64,000 bases of DNA from Balanoglossus misakiensis (taxonomy: Eukaryota > Animalia > Hemichordata): NCBI GenBank assembly GCA_040954595.2, contig CM082583.2, forward strand, positions 528,542 to 592,541, given 5' to 3'. The translations under genes were made by a program, and so were the position numbers. The notes under the pieces were generated by a model, which saw only the letters and a list, made by a program, of their open reading frames with translations, had not been told where the DNA came from and made no database searches. Numbering within the stretch: the stretch's first letter is position 1; every line of letters starts with the position of its first letter. Shown here one piece after another: positions 20,827-33,400 of this stretch.

Positions 20827-23800
20827 TGGCAGCGCTGAAGTTAGTTACCCTGAATGTCAGGGGTTTCAAAGACAAAACGAAAAGGAACTGTATATATCGC
20901 TGGCTAAAACTCCAAAAAACGAGTATCGCGATTTTACAAGAGTTGCATGGAAATGGAACAGACATTGACACTTGGGAGAAAGAATGGGGAGGGAAAGTAT
21001 TCTTCTCGAAAGGTGACAATTATAGCAGAGGAACGGCAATATTGATTGAGCGCAGATGTGACCTCACCATTGATTCCGTGTGGAATGACGACTTCGGAAG
21101 AATTTGCATAATAAACGGTAGCCTTGTAGGTGTTAAGCTTTCAATTTGTAGTGTTTATGCCCCGAATCTCGTGAAACAAAGAACGGAATTCTTGAAAGAT
21201 CTAGCTGGCCTGGTTGACACGCACTGCTATTACGAAAATCTTTTTATAGCAGGCGACTTCAATTGTGCACTCAACGACACTTTGGACAGAGCGTCAAGTG
21301 TGAAATCACGGCAATCACATGATGGATCAAGAAGAGTCTTACGTAGTTTTTGTAATCAGTTTCAACTTATTGATGTTTGGAGGAATTTCCACCCTGGGCA
21401 ACGGCAGTTTACTTGGCGAAGATTGGCCCCATCACCGACTCATAGCCGATTAGATTATGTTTTTATCTCAAAGCACCTCGTCAAGAATGTCAAAAAATCG
21501 GATATTCGTCCTGCTGTACACACAGATCATATGGCTGTTTACGTGGAATTGCAGACCGCTTCAGATTGTAGAGGGCCTGGTACATGGAAACTGAACAATA
21601 GGCTTTTAAAAAATGAAGGCTTTGTCAACGGAGTCAAATCTGTAATCAGAGAGTGTGGTGAGAAGACATTCGAAAATAATCGGATGAAATGGGACATCAT
21701 GAAGAAAGAAATTAAAGAATATGCATTGGAATTTACAAGGTATGGAACAAAAGATCACAATAAGGAAATACCGAAGTTGAGCAACAGCTAAAAGCGGATG
21801 AAAGAAATATGCTGGTGAATCCATCAGATGAAAATATACGGAAATACAGTGAAACCAAACAACGCCTTGAGAATATTTACAACATACTCGCTGAAGGTGC
21901 GTAGATAAGATCGCGTGCAGCGTGGGTGGAAAAGGGAGAAAGGAATACCAAGTATTTTTATCATTAGAAAAGCGAAATGCAGGAAAAAAGGAAATTAAGG
22001 AGCTGGTGACCAGAAGTGGAAAGTGTGTGACAAAAACGGACGAGATTCTGCGGGAACAAAGAGAATTCTACGAGACGATCTATCAGCGAAAATGTTGCCA
22101 TCAGTCGATTGACGATTTTTTGGAAAATAGCAGTTTACCAGGACTAACAGCTCTACAAAGTGAACAGTGCGAAGGTAATTTAACGGAAAGGGAATGTTTG
22201 CGCGCTTTGAAGACCATGGCAGCTAACAAGTCTCCGGGATGTGATGGACTTTCGGTCGAATTTTTTCTTTTCTTTTGGTCAGAAATAAAAACATTTGTCA
22301 CTTCATCTCTCAATGAAGCCTGGTCGTCAGGGGAACTTTCTGCTACACAAAAAAGAGGTATTATTACATTGTTGTATAAAAAGGGAGATGAAAATGACTT
22401 GAATAATTGGAGGCCTGTGTCGCTTTTAAACATTGACTACAAAATTGCCACTAAGGCATTATCAAACAGACTCAAATGTGTTTTACCTACAATTATCCAT
22501 AGAGATCAGACAGGCTATATGAAAGGCCGTTTTATTGGAGAAAACATTCGCCTGATCTCCGATGTTCTAGACTACACTAAAAAGCGGCGTTTGGAAGGAG
22601 CGATCCTTTTTGTAGATTATGAGAAAGCGTTTGACAGTGTAAATTGGAAATTTTTGTATAGCGTGCTTAAAAAGATGAATTTTGGTCCAGGCTTTATACG
22701 CTGGATTGAAGTTTTATATAGTAATATTTCTAGTTGTATTGTTTATAAGGGATGGTGCTCTGGATACTTTTCATTACATAGAGGTGTTCGACAGGGATGT
22801 TCCCTCTCGGCTTTATTGTTTTTACTTGTGATCGAAGTACTTGCATGTAAAATAAGACAACACGGGGAGATCAACGGGATCCCCTTATATGGTAATAATA
22901 CAGCGAAGATTTCATTATTTGCCGACGACACCACTATTTTTACAAGGGGTGGTCGGTCATTAGAAAATGTTTTTAAAGTTATGGATGATTTTCATCAGTG
23001 TGGTGGTTTAAAAATGAGCAACAAGAAAACGAAGGCAATGTGGGTTGGAAAAAACAGAAATAGTGAAAAGAAAATGGGAAATGTTGAATGGACAAATGAG
23101 CCCATCAAAACGCTTGGTGTGTATTTTGGCTATGACACTGAGAAATGTAACAAACTTAACTGGGAGCCTAAGATTGATAAACTGAAAAAGGTGCTACAAA
23201 TGTGGGAAAGGAGAAGGCTTACGTTTTATGGGAGAGTGATGATTACGAAGGTTTTTGCAATTTCACAGATTTTGTTTTTGACATCAGTGATTGGAATACC
23301 TGAAGGCATTAAGTGTGTTGTTCGAAAGCTAATTGATGGTTTTATAAGAAGAAAACGAAATATAAGCAATGTAATACTTCAGAGTGATTATGACAAAGGT
23401 GGCATCAGATGTGTCAACTTAGACAAGCAAATTGATTCTCTTTATGCAGTATGGGTCAAGAGACTGGTCTTGTGTAAAGGCAACACTTGGTCTGCTATAC
23501 CATGGCATTATTTACAAATGGATGACCTTCAGTCATGTAATCTTATTCAGCACAACATTTTCTGGGAATCACTACCAAAGGCTTTAGAGTCTGCGATCCC
23601 TGAATTTTACGTCAAGGTTTTAAATGCGTGGTACAGTGCAAGTGAAAACATCAAAGGAAACAGAAATGTAATTTTGAAATGGTGTAGCAAGTTTAACTTT
23701 TTCTACAAATCCTTGAAAAATTGTAAATACGGTATTTGGGATGGAAAACACTGGATTTCCATCAATAACGTTACGTGTAAAGCCATTTATGCGAACATTC

Positions 23801-24381
23801 CACAACGGAGTCCAAAAGTGGATAAACTTAACAAATGGTACACATTGCTGGAGGTACCAAACCAGACTACAAAAGAAAGTGAAACGGTCTGGAAGAACAT
23901 ACACGCAATAACTAAGGAAACAAAGTTGCGGGAATTTCAATGGAAACTTTTACACAGGTTGTTGCCATGTAATAAGTATTTGTTTTATTGGAATAAGAGC
24001 AGCAGTGTGGATTGTGAACTTAGTAAGATACCAGAGTCTCTTGAGCACAAGTACGTGCGTTGTACTATAGCCACATCACTTTGGGCAAAAATCGAGTGCA
24101 TAATTCGGCAACTTTTTTGTAAAGATTTTGTTTTACAAAGCGCTCATATAATTTTCAATTGCATTAGAAGTGTTATGCTTTCGAAATCTGAAGAAAATAT
24201 TGTAAATTTATTGATTTTAGTTTGCAAATGGAGTATACATAAATACTGGCTAAGTGAAACCAGAGCACCTTTAATGGTGCTAGTAAAATACGAATTCATA
24301 TTGAGATACAAGGTATACAAGGAAATATGCAATAATTCAGAAAGTGCAAGAATTTTTGAAGCTATTATATCTATGATGTGA
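20826..24381 (+). pseudogene. Tx1-type ORF2: AP endonuclease, reverse transcriptase and degenerate zinc finger
   Basis: APE motifs TLNVRG, LQE, GDFN, SRLDY, TDH. RT motifs KSPGCDG, NWRPVSLLN, DYEKAFDSV, GVRQG, FADD. Lesions: frameshift near 21765, in-frame TAG at 21902-21904 (GA*IRSR), frameshift near 21958. The zinc finger reads CELS instead of CxxC. Confidence 0.93.
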
Positions 24382-24471
24382 GTTTTCGGTTGGTTTCTTT
24401 TTTTTGATATGTTAATGTAACACTGAAAGTTTTTTTAATAAAAGATAAAAAAAAAAAAAAAAAAAAAAAAA

Positions 24472-27400
24472 TTACGCCAGTCTGTGTCATATAGAGCCGG
24501 TGCACCAGCCGAGTCACGCCGTAGGAAATCTGACTTGATCAACGTGGTCAATGTACGCCTGTTTCTGCTCTAGAATGCCGGGGCTTCAGCTGAGCCAGGC
24601 CGCAGTAAACCCGACGTGATTACCGTTGTTAACTTACGCCAGTCTGTGTCCTATATATAGTGCCGGGGCATGAGCCGTGCCAGGCCGAAGGAAATGTGAG
24701 TAGATCAACGTGGTCTCTGTACGCGTGTTTCTGCTCTAGAGTGCCAGGGCTTTAGCCAAGCCATGCCGTAGGAAATCTGACTTGATCAACGTTGCTAACG
24801 AACGCTAGTGTCTGTCATAGTGTGCCGGGGTTTTAGTCGAGCCAAGCCGTAGGAGATCAGACTTGATCAACGTGGTCTCTGTACGCGTGTTTCTGCTCTA
24901 GAGTGCCGGGGCTTTATCCAAGCCATGCCGTAGAAAATCTGACTTGATCACCGTTGCTAACGTACGCTAGTGTCTGTCATATTGTGACGGAGATTTAGCC
25001 GAGCCAGGCCGTAGAAAAATCGACTTGTTCAACGTTACCAGTGTGCAACTGTTTCTGCTCTAGAGTGTCAGGGTTTTAGCCGACTTATGCTGTAGGAAAT
25101 CTGAGTTGATGCACGGGAATTCAATGTTAGAAAACCCGTGTGGAAAGTATCTCTACCCGTTTGAAACTAAGAAAAGAATTTATTCTTATTTATTTTGTAA
25201 AAAAGACAATTTTTCGAAAAAAAGTCGATAATGGTAATTTTGTCTTGGGTGATTCAAATTATACCGCCTTTTCTGGAATTTGCAGCACTTTTTACAAGAG
25301 AACAACACTTCATGCTCCATAATATTTCCGAAAATGAAGAAAAGAGTTAATTTTTTATGATTTTTTAAAAATTTACCATTTTTGTCAAAATATGGCCAAA
25401 ATGGCTATTTTTCTTGAATTCCGTCAATATCTCTGCATTTTTGGAGTGGTCGAGAGTTTTAACATACAATCAACATGTCATATATGATCAGGGCACCAAA
25501 TTCGAAGAACAAAGGTTTTTTTATTTTTTTTTCTAAAAATGACATTTTCAAGGAAAATTTGCTAAAACGCAATTTTGTCTGCAGTGAGCCAAATTGGCCG
25601 GTTTTTTTTGTGGAATTTGTATCGATATATATATACGAAGAGCATTCTATACTCCATCAGATTTCCGAAAATGTAGAAAACAGGTATTTTTTGTAATTTT
25701 CAAAAATTTACCAATTTGACCAAATTGTGGCTAAAATTGTTATTTTCGTGTTGAATGCCGCCAGTGTCACTGCTTTTTAAAGTCATAAAAACTTTTAACA
25801 TACAAGCAATTGTTTATATATGATCAGGTCACCGAATTAAAAAAATAAAGAATGTTTTCCCTAAAAATGACCTTTTTGGTGCAAAAACGAATAAAACGCA
25901 ATTTTGTATTAAATCAGCTCATTCAGAGTGCATTTTTTATAATCAGCACCATTTTTACATATAATGGAAATTTCATACATCATCAGATATCCAAATATGA
26001 AAAAATGAATTAGATATATTTAAGATGATTGTCCAAAATTAGCTGATATCTGATAAATGTAGTATTGAACCGTTCTGTTTCCCCCCCCCCTACATTACAT
26101 GCGGTACGCCGATGTCAGCTTACCCGGCAGTACTGCAGGCCGTGCCCCCAACTAACGTCGGTGTTTGAAACGCCCTGGTTAAATTCGAGCTTTCTCTATA
26201 AATTGACAGGCAATAATGCAGTCCTACCCGAACAATTGTCGAGTGTTGACCCGCTGTGACTTTCCCTCTTCGGTTTGCCCGACTTAGCCAATGTCTTTGT
26301 ACTAGAGTGTCGGGTCTTTTGCAGAGCCAGGCCGAAGGAAATCCGACTTGATCACCGTTGCTAACGAACGCTAGTGTCTGTCATGGTGTGCCGGGGTTTT
26401 AGTTGAGCCAGGCCGTAGGAGATCTGACTTGATCATCGTGGTCAATGTACGCGTGTTTCCGCTCTAAAGTGCCGGTGCTTCAGCTAAACCAGGCCGTAGG
26501 AAATCCGACGTAATCACCGTTGATAACTTACGCCAGTCTGTGTCATATAGAGCCGGTGCACCAGCCGAGTCACGCCGTAGGAAATCTGACTTGATCAACG
26601 TGGTCAATGTACGCCTGTTTCTGCTCTAGAGTGCCGGGGCATCAGCCGTGCCAGGCCGAAGGAAATGTGAGTAGATCAACGTGGTCTCTGTACGCGTGTT
26701 TCTGTTCTAGAGTGCCAGGGCTTTAGCCAAGCCATGCCGTAGGAAATCTGACTTGATCAACGTTGCTAACGAACGCTAGTGTCTGTCATAGTGTGCCGGG
26801 GTTTTAGTCGAGCCAAGCCGTAGGAGATCAGACTTGATCAACGTGGTCTCTGTACGCGTGTTTCTGCTCTAGAGTGCCGGGGCTTTATCCAAGCCATGCC
26901 GTAGAAAATCTGACTTGAGCACCGTTGCTAACGTACGCTAGTGTCTGTCATATTGTGACGGAGATTTAGCCGAGCCAGGCCGTAGAAAAATCGACTTGTT
27001 CAACGTTACCAGTGTGCAACTGTTTCTGCTCTAGAGTGTCAGGGTTTTAGCCGACTTATGCTGTAGGAAATCTGAGTTGATGAACGGGAATTCAATGTTA
27101 GAAAACCCGTGTGGAAAGTATCTCTACCCGTTTGAAACTAAGAAAAGAATTTATTCTTATTTATTTTGTAAAAAAGACAATTTTTCGAAAAAAAGTTGAA
27201 AATGGTAATTTTGTCTTGGGTGATTCAAATTATACCGCCTTTTCTGGAATTTGCAGCACTTTTTGCAAGAGAACGACACTTCATGCTCCATAATATTTCC
27301 GAAAATGAAGAAAAGAGTTAATTTTTTATGATTTTTTAAAAATTTACCATTTTTGTCAAAATATGGCCAAAATGGCTATTTTTCTTGAATTCCGTCAATA

Positions 27401-30400
27401 TCTCTGCATTTTTGGAGTGGTCGAGAGTTTTAACATACAATCAACATGTCATATATGATCAGGGCACCAAATTCGAAGAACAAAGGTTTTTTTATTTTTT
27501 TTTCTAAAAATGACATTTTCAAGGAAAATTTGCTAAAACGCAATTTTGTCTGCAGTGAGCCAAATTGGCCGGTTTTTTTTGTGGAATTTGTATCGATATA
27601 TATATACGAAGAGCATTCTATACTCCATCAGATTTCCGAAAATGTAGAAAACAGGTATTTTTTGTAATTTTCAAAAATTTACCAATTTGACCAAATTGTG
27701 GCTAAAATTGTTATTTTCGTGTTGAATGCCGCCAGTGTCACTGCTTTTTAAAGTCATAAAAACTTTTAACATACAAGCAATTGTTTATATATGATCAGGT
27801 CACCGAATTAAAAAAATAAAGAATGTTTTCCCTAAAAATGACCTTTTTGGTGCAAAAACGAATAAAACGCAATTTTGTATTAAATCAGCTCATTCAGAGT
27901 GCATTTTTTATAATCAGCACCATTTTTACATATAATGGAAATTTCATACATCATCAGATATCCAAATATGAAAAAATGAATTAGATATATTTAAGATGAT
28001 TGTCCAAAATTAGCTGATATCTGATAAATGTAGTATTGAACCGTTCTGTTTCCCCCCCCCCCCCTACATTACATGCGGTACGCCGATGTCAGCTTACCCG
28101 GCAGTACTGCAGGCCGTGCCCCCAACTAACGTCGGTGTTTGAAACGCCCTGGTTAAATTCGAGCTTTCTCTATAAATTGACAGGCAATAATGCAGTCCTA
28201 CCCGAACAATTGTCGAGTGTTGACCCGCTGTGACTTTCCCTCTTCGGTTTGCCCGACTTAGCCAATGTCTTTGTACTAGAGTGTCGGGTCTTTTGCAGAG
28301 CCAGGCCGAAGGAAATCCGACTTGATCACCGTTGCTAACGAACGCTAGTGTCTGTCATGGTGTGCCGGGGTTTTAGTTGAGCCAGGCCGTAGGAGATCTG
28401 ACTTGATCATCGTGGTCAATGTACGCGTGTTTCCGCTCTAAAGTGCCGGTGCTTCAGCTAAACCAGGCCGTAGGAAATCCGACGTAATCACCGTTGATAA
28501 CTTACGCCAGTCTGTGTCATATAGAGCCGGTGCACCAGCCGAGTCACGCCGTAGGAAATCTGACTTGATCAACGTGGTCAATGTACGCCTGTTTCTGCTC
28601 TAGAGTGCCGGGGCATCAGCCGTGCCAGGCCGAAGGAAATGTGAGTAGATCAACGTGGTCTCTGTACGCGTGTTTCTGTTCTAGAGTGCCAGGGCTTTAG
28701 CCAAGCCATGCCGTAGGAAATCTGACTTGATCAACGTTGCTAACGAACGCTAGTGTCTGTCATAGTGTGCCGGGGTTTTAGTCGAGCCAAGCCGTAGGAG
28801 ATCAGACTTGATCAACGTGGTCTCTGTACGCGTGTTTCTGCTCTAGAGTGCCGGGGCTTTATCCAAGCCATGCCGTAGAAAATCTGACTTGAGCACCGTT
28901 GCTAACGTACGCTAGTGTCTGTCATATTGTGACGGAGATTTAGCCGAGCCAGGCCGTAGAAAAATCGACTTGTTCAACGTTACCAGTGTGCAACTGTTTC
29001 TGCTCTAGAGTGTCAGGGTTTTAGCCGACTTATGCTGTAGGAAATCTGAGTTGATGAACGGGAATTCAATGTTAGAAAACCCGTGTGGAAAGTATCTCTA
29101 CCCGTTTGAAACTAAGAAAAGAATTTATTCTTATTTATTTTGTAAAAAAGACAATTTTTCGAAAAAAAGTTGAAAATGGTAATTTTGTCTTGGGTGATTC
29201 AAATTATACCGCCTTTTCTGGAATTTGCAGCACTTTTTGCAAGAGAACGACACTTCATGCTCCATAATATTTCCGAAAATGAAGAAAAGAGTTAATTTTT
29301 TATGATTTTTTAAAAATTTACCATTTTTGTCAAAATATGGCCAAAATGGCTATTTTTTCTTGAATTCCGTCAATATATCTGCATTTTTGGAGTGGTCGAA
29401 AGTTTTAACATACAATCAACATGTCATATATGATCAGGGCACCAAATTCGAAGAACAAAGTTTTTTTTTATTTTTTTTTCTTCTAAAAATGACATTTTCA
29501 AGGAAAATTTGGTAAAACGCAATTTTGTCTGCAGTGAGCCAAATTAGACGGTCTTTTGTGGAATTTGTATCGATATATACATACGAAGAGCAATCTATAC
29601 TCCATCAGATTTCCGAAAATGTAGAAAACAGGTATTTTTTGTAATTTTCAAAAAATTACCGTTTTGACCAAATTGTGGCTAAAATTGTTATTTTCGTGTT
29701 GAATGCCGCCAGTGTCACTGCTTTTAAAAGTCATAAAAACTTTTAACATACAAGCAATTCTTTATATATGATCAGGTCACCGAATTAAAAGAAAAAGAAT
29801 GTTTTGCCTAAAAATGACCTTTTAGGTGCAAAAACGAATAAAACGTAATTTTGTATTAAATCAGCTCATTCAGAGTGCATTTTTTATAATCAGCACAATT
29901 TTTACATATAATTGAAATTTCATACATCATTAGATATCCAAATATGAAAAAATGATTTAGATTTTAGATGATTGTCCAAAATTAGCTGATATCTAATAAA
30001 TGTAGTATTGAACCGTTCTGTTTGCCCCCCCCCCCCCTACATTATATGCGGTACGCCGATGTCAGCTTACCCGGCAGTACTGCAGGCCGTGCCCACAACT
30101 AACGTCGGTGTTTGGAACGCCCTGGTTAAATTCGGGCTTTCTCTATAAATTGACAGGCAATAATGCAGTCCTACCCGAACAAATGTCGAGTGTTGACCCG
30201 CTGTGACTTACCCTCTTCGGTTTGCCCGACTTAGCCAACGTCTTTGTACTAGAGTGTCAGGTCTTTTGCAGAGCCAGGCCGAAGGAAATCCGACTTGATC
30301 ACCGTTGCTAACGAACGCTAGTGTCTGTCATGGTGTGCCGGGGTTTTAGTCGAGCCAGGCCGTAGGAGATCTGACTTGATCATCGTGGTCAATGTACGCG

Positions 30401-33400
30401 TGTTTCCGCTCTAAAGTGCCGGGGCTTCAGCTAAACCAGACCGTAGGACATCCGACGTAATCACCGTTGATAACTTACGCCAGTCTGTGTCATATAGAGC
30501 CGGTGCACAAGCCGAGTCACGCCGTAGGAAATCTGACTTGATCAACGTGGTCAATGTACGCCTGTTTCTGCTCTAGAGTGCCGGGGCTTCAGCTGAGCCA
30601 GGCCGTAGGAAACCCGACGTGATTACCGTTGTTAACTTACGCCAGTCTGTGTCCTATATATAGTGCCGGGGCATCAGCCGTGCCAGGCCGAAGGAAATGT
30701 GAGTAGATCAAAGTGGTCTCTGTACGCGTGTTTCTGCTCTAGAGTGCCGGGGCTTTATCCAAGCCATGCCGTAGAAAATCTGACTTGATCACCGTTGCTA
30801 ACGTACGCTAGTGTCTGTAATATTGTGACGGAGATTTAGCCAAGCCAGGCCGGAGAAAAATCGACTCGTTCAACGTTACCAGTGTGCAACTGTTTCTGCT
30901 CTAGAGTGTCAGGGTTTTAGCCGACTTATGCTGTAGGAAATCAGAGTTGATGAACGGGAATTCAATGTTAGAAAACCCGTGTGGAAAGTATCTCTACCCG
31001 TTTGAAACTAAGAAAAGAATTTATTCTTATTTATTTTGTAAAAAAGACAATTTTTCGAAAAAAAGTCGAAAATGGTAATTTTGTCTTGGGTGATTCAAAT
31101 TATTCCACCTTTTCTGGAATTTGCAGCACTTTTTACAAGAGAACGACACTTCATGCTCCATAATATTTCCGAAAATGAAGAAAAGAGTTTATTTTTTATG
31201 ATTTTTTAAAAATTTACCATTTTTGTCAAAATATGGCCAAAATGGTTATTTTGTCTTGAATTCCGTCAATATCTCTGCATTTTTGGAGTTGTCGAAAGTT
31301 TTAACATACAATCAACATGTCATATATGATCAGGGCACCAAATTCGAAGAACAAAGGTTTTTTTATTTTTTTTTCTAAAAATGACATTTTCAAGGAAAAT
31401 TTGGTAAAACGCAATTTTGTCTGCAGTGAGCCAAATTGGCCGTTTTTTGTGGAATTTGTATCGATATATATATATACGAAGAGCATTCTATACTCCATCA
31501 GATTTCCGAAAATGTAGAAAACAGGTATTTTTTGTAATTTTCAAAAATTTTCGATTTTGACCAAATTGTGCTAAAATTGTTATTTTCGTGTTGAATGCCG
31601 CCAGTGTCACTGCTTTTTAAAGTCATAAAAACTTTTAACATACAAGCAATTCTTTATATATGATCAGGTCACCGAATTAAAAAAATAAAGAATGTTTTGC
31701 CTAAATATGACCTTTTAGGTGCAAAAACGAATAAAACGTAATTTTGTATTAAATCAGCTAATTCAGAGTGCATTTTTTATAATCAGCACCATTTTTACAT
31801 ATAATGGAAATTTCATACATCATCAGATATCCAAATATGAAAAAATGATTTAGATTTTAGATGATTGTCCTTAATTAGCTGATATCTAATAAATGTAGTA
31901 TTGAACCGTTCTGCCCCCCCCCCCCCCCGCCCCCTACATTATATGCGGTACGCCGATGTCAGCTTACCCGGCAGTACTGCAGGCCGTGCCCCCAATTAAC
32001 GTCAGTGTTTGAAACGCCCTGGTTAAATTCGGGCTTTCTCTATAAATTGACAGGCAATAATGCAGTCCTACCCGAACAAATGTCGAGTGTTGACCCGCTG
32101 TGACTTTCCCTCTTCGGTTTGCCCGACTTAGCCAACGTCTTTGTACTAGAGTGTCGGGTCTTTTGCAGAGCCACGCCGAAGGAAATCCGACTTGATCACC
32201 GTTGCTAACGAACGCTAGTGTCTGTCATGGTGTGCCGGGGTTTTAGTCGAGCCAGGCCGTAGGAGATCTGACTTGATCATCGTGGTCAATGTACGCGTGT
32301 TTCCGCTCTAAAGTGCCGGGGCTTCAGCTAAACCAGGCCGTAGGAAATCCGACGTAATCACCGTTGATAACTTACGCCAGTCTGTGTCATATAGAGCCGG
32401 TGCACCAGCCGAGTTACGCCGTAGGAAATCTGACTTGATCAACGTGGTCAATGTACGCCTGTTTCTGCTCTAGAGTGCCGGGGCTTCAGCTGAGCCAGGC
32501 CGTAGGAAACCCGACGTGATTACCGTTGTTAACTTACGCCAGTCTGTGTCCTATATATAGTGCCGGGGCATCAGCCGTGCCAGGCCGAAGGAAATGTGAG
32601 TAGATCAACGTGGTCTCTGTACGCGTGTTTCTGCTCTATAGTGCCAGGGCTTTAGCCAAGCCATGCCGTAGGAAATCTGACTTGATCAACGTTGCTAACG
32701 AACGCTAGTGTCTGTCATAGTGTGCCATGGTTTTAGTCGAGCCAAGCCGTAGGAGATCAGACTTGATCAACGTGGTCTCTGTACGCGTGTTTCTGCTCTA
32801 GAGTGCCGGGGCTTTATCCAAGCCATGCCGTAGAAAATCTGACTTGATCACCGTTGCTAACGTACGCTAGTGTCTGTCATATTGTGACGGTGATTTAGCA
32901 GAGCCAGGCCGTAGAAAAATCGACATGTTCAACGTTACCAGTGTGCAACTGTTTCTGCTCTAGAGTGTCAGGGTTTTAGCCGACTTATGCTGTAGGAAAT
33001 CTGAGTTGATGAATGGGAATTCAATGTTAGAAAACCCGTGTGGAAAGTATCTCTACCCGTTTGAAACTAAGAAAAGAATTTATTCTTATTTATTTTGTAA
33101 AAAAGACAATTTTTCGAAAAAAAGTCGAAAATGGTAATTTTGTCTTGGGTGATTCAAATTATACCGCCTTTTCTGGAATTTGCTGCACTTCTTACAAGAG
33201 AACGACACTTCATGCTCCATAATATTTCGGAAAATGAAGAAAAGAGTTATTTTTTATGATTTTTTAAAAATTTACCATTTTTGTCAAAATATGGCCAAAA
33301 TGGCTATTTTTTCTTGAATTCCGTCAATATATCTGCATTTTTGGAGTGGTCGAAAGTTTTAACATACAATCAACATGTCATATATGATCAGGGCACCAAA

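Larger units (their letters stand above)
19445..24471 (+). mobile_element. Full-length Tx1/L1-clade non-LTR retrotransposon, inactivated
   Basis: 13-bp TSD TTACGCCAGTCTG (19432-19444 and 24472-24484), 5' UTR, ORF1, ORF2 (APE+RT), AATAAA at 24437-24442 and a ~25-nt poly(A) tail. Confidence 0.95.
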
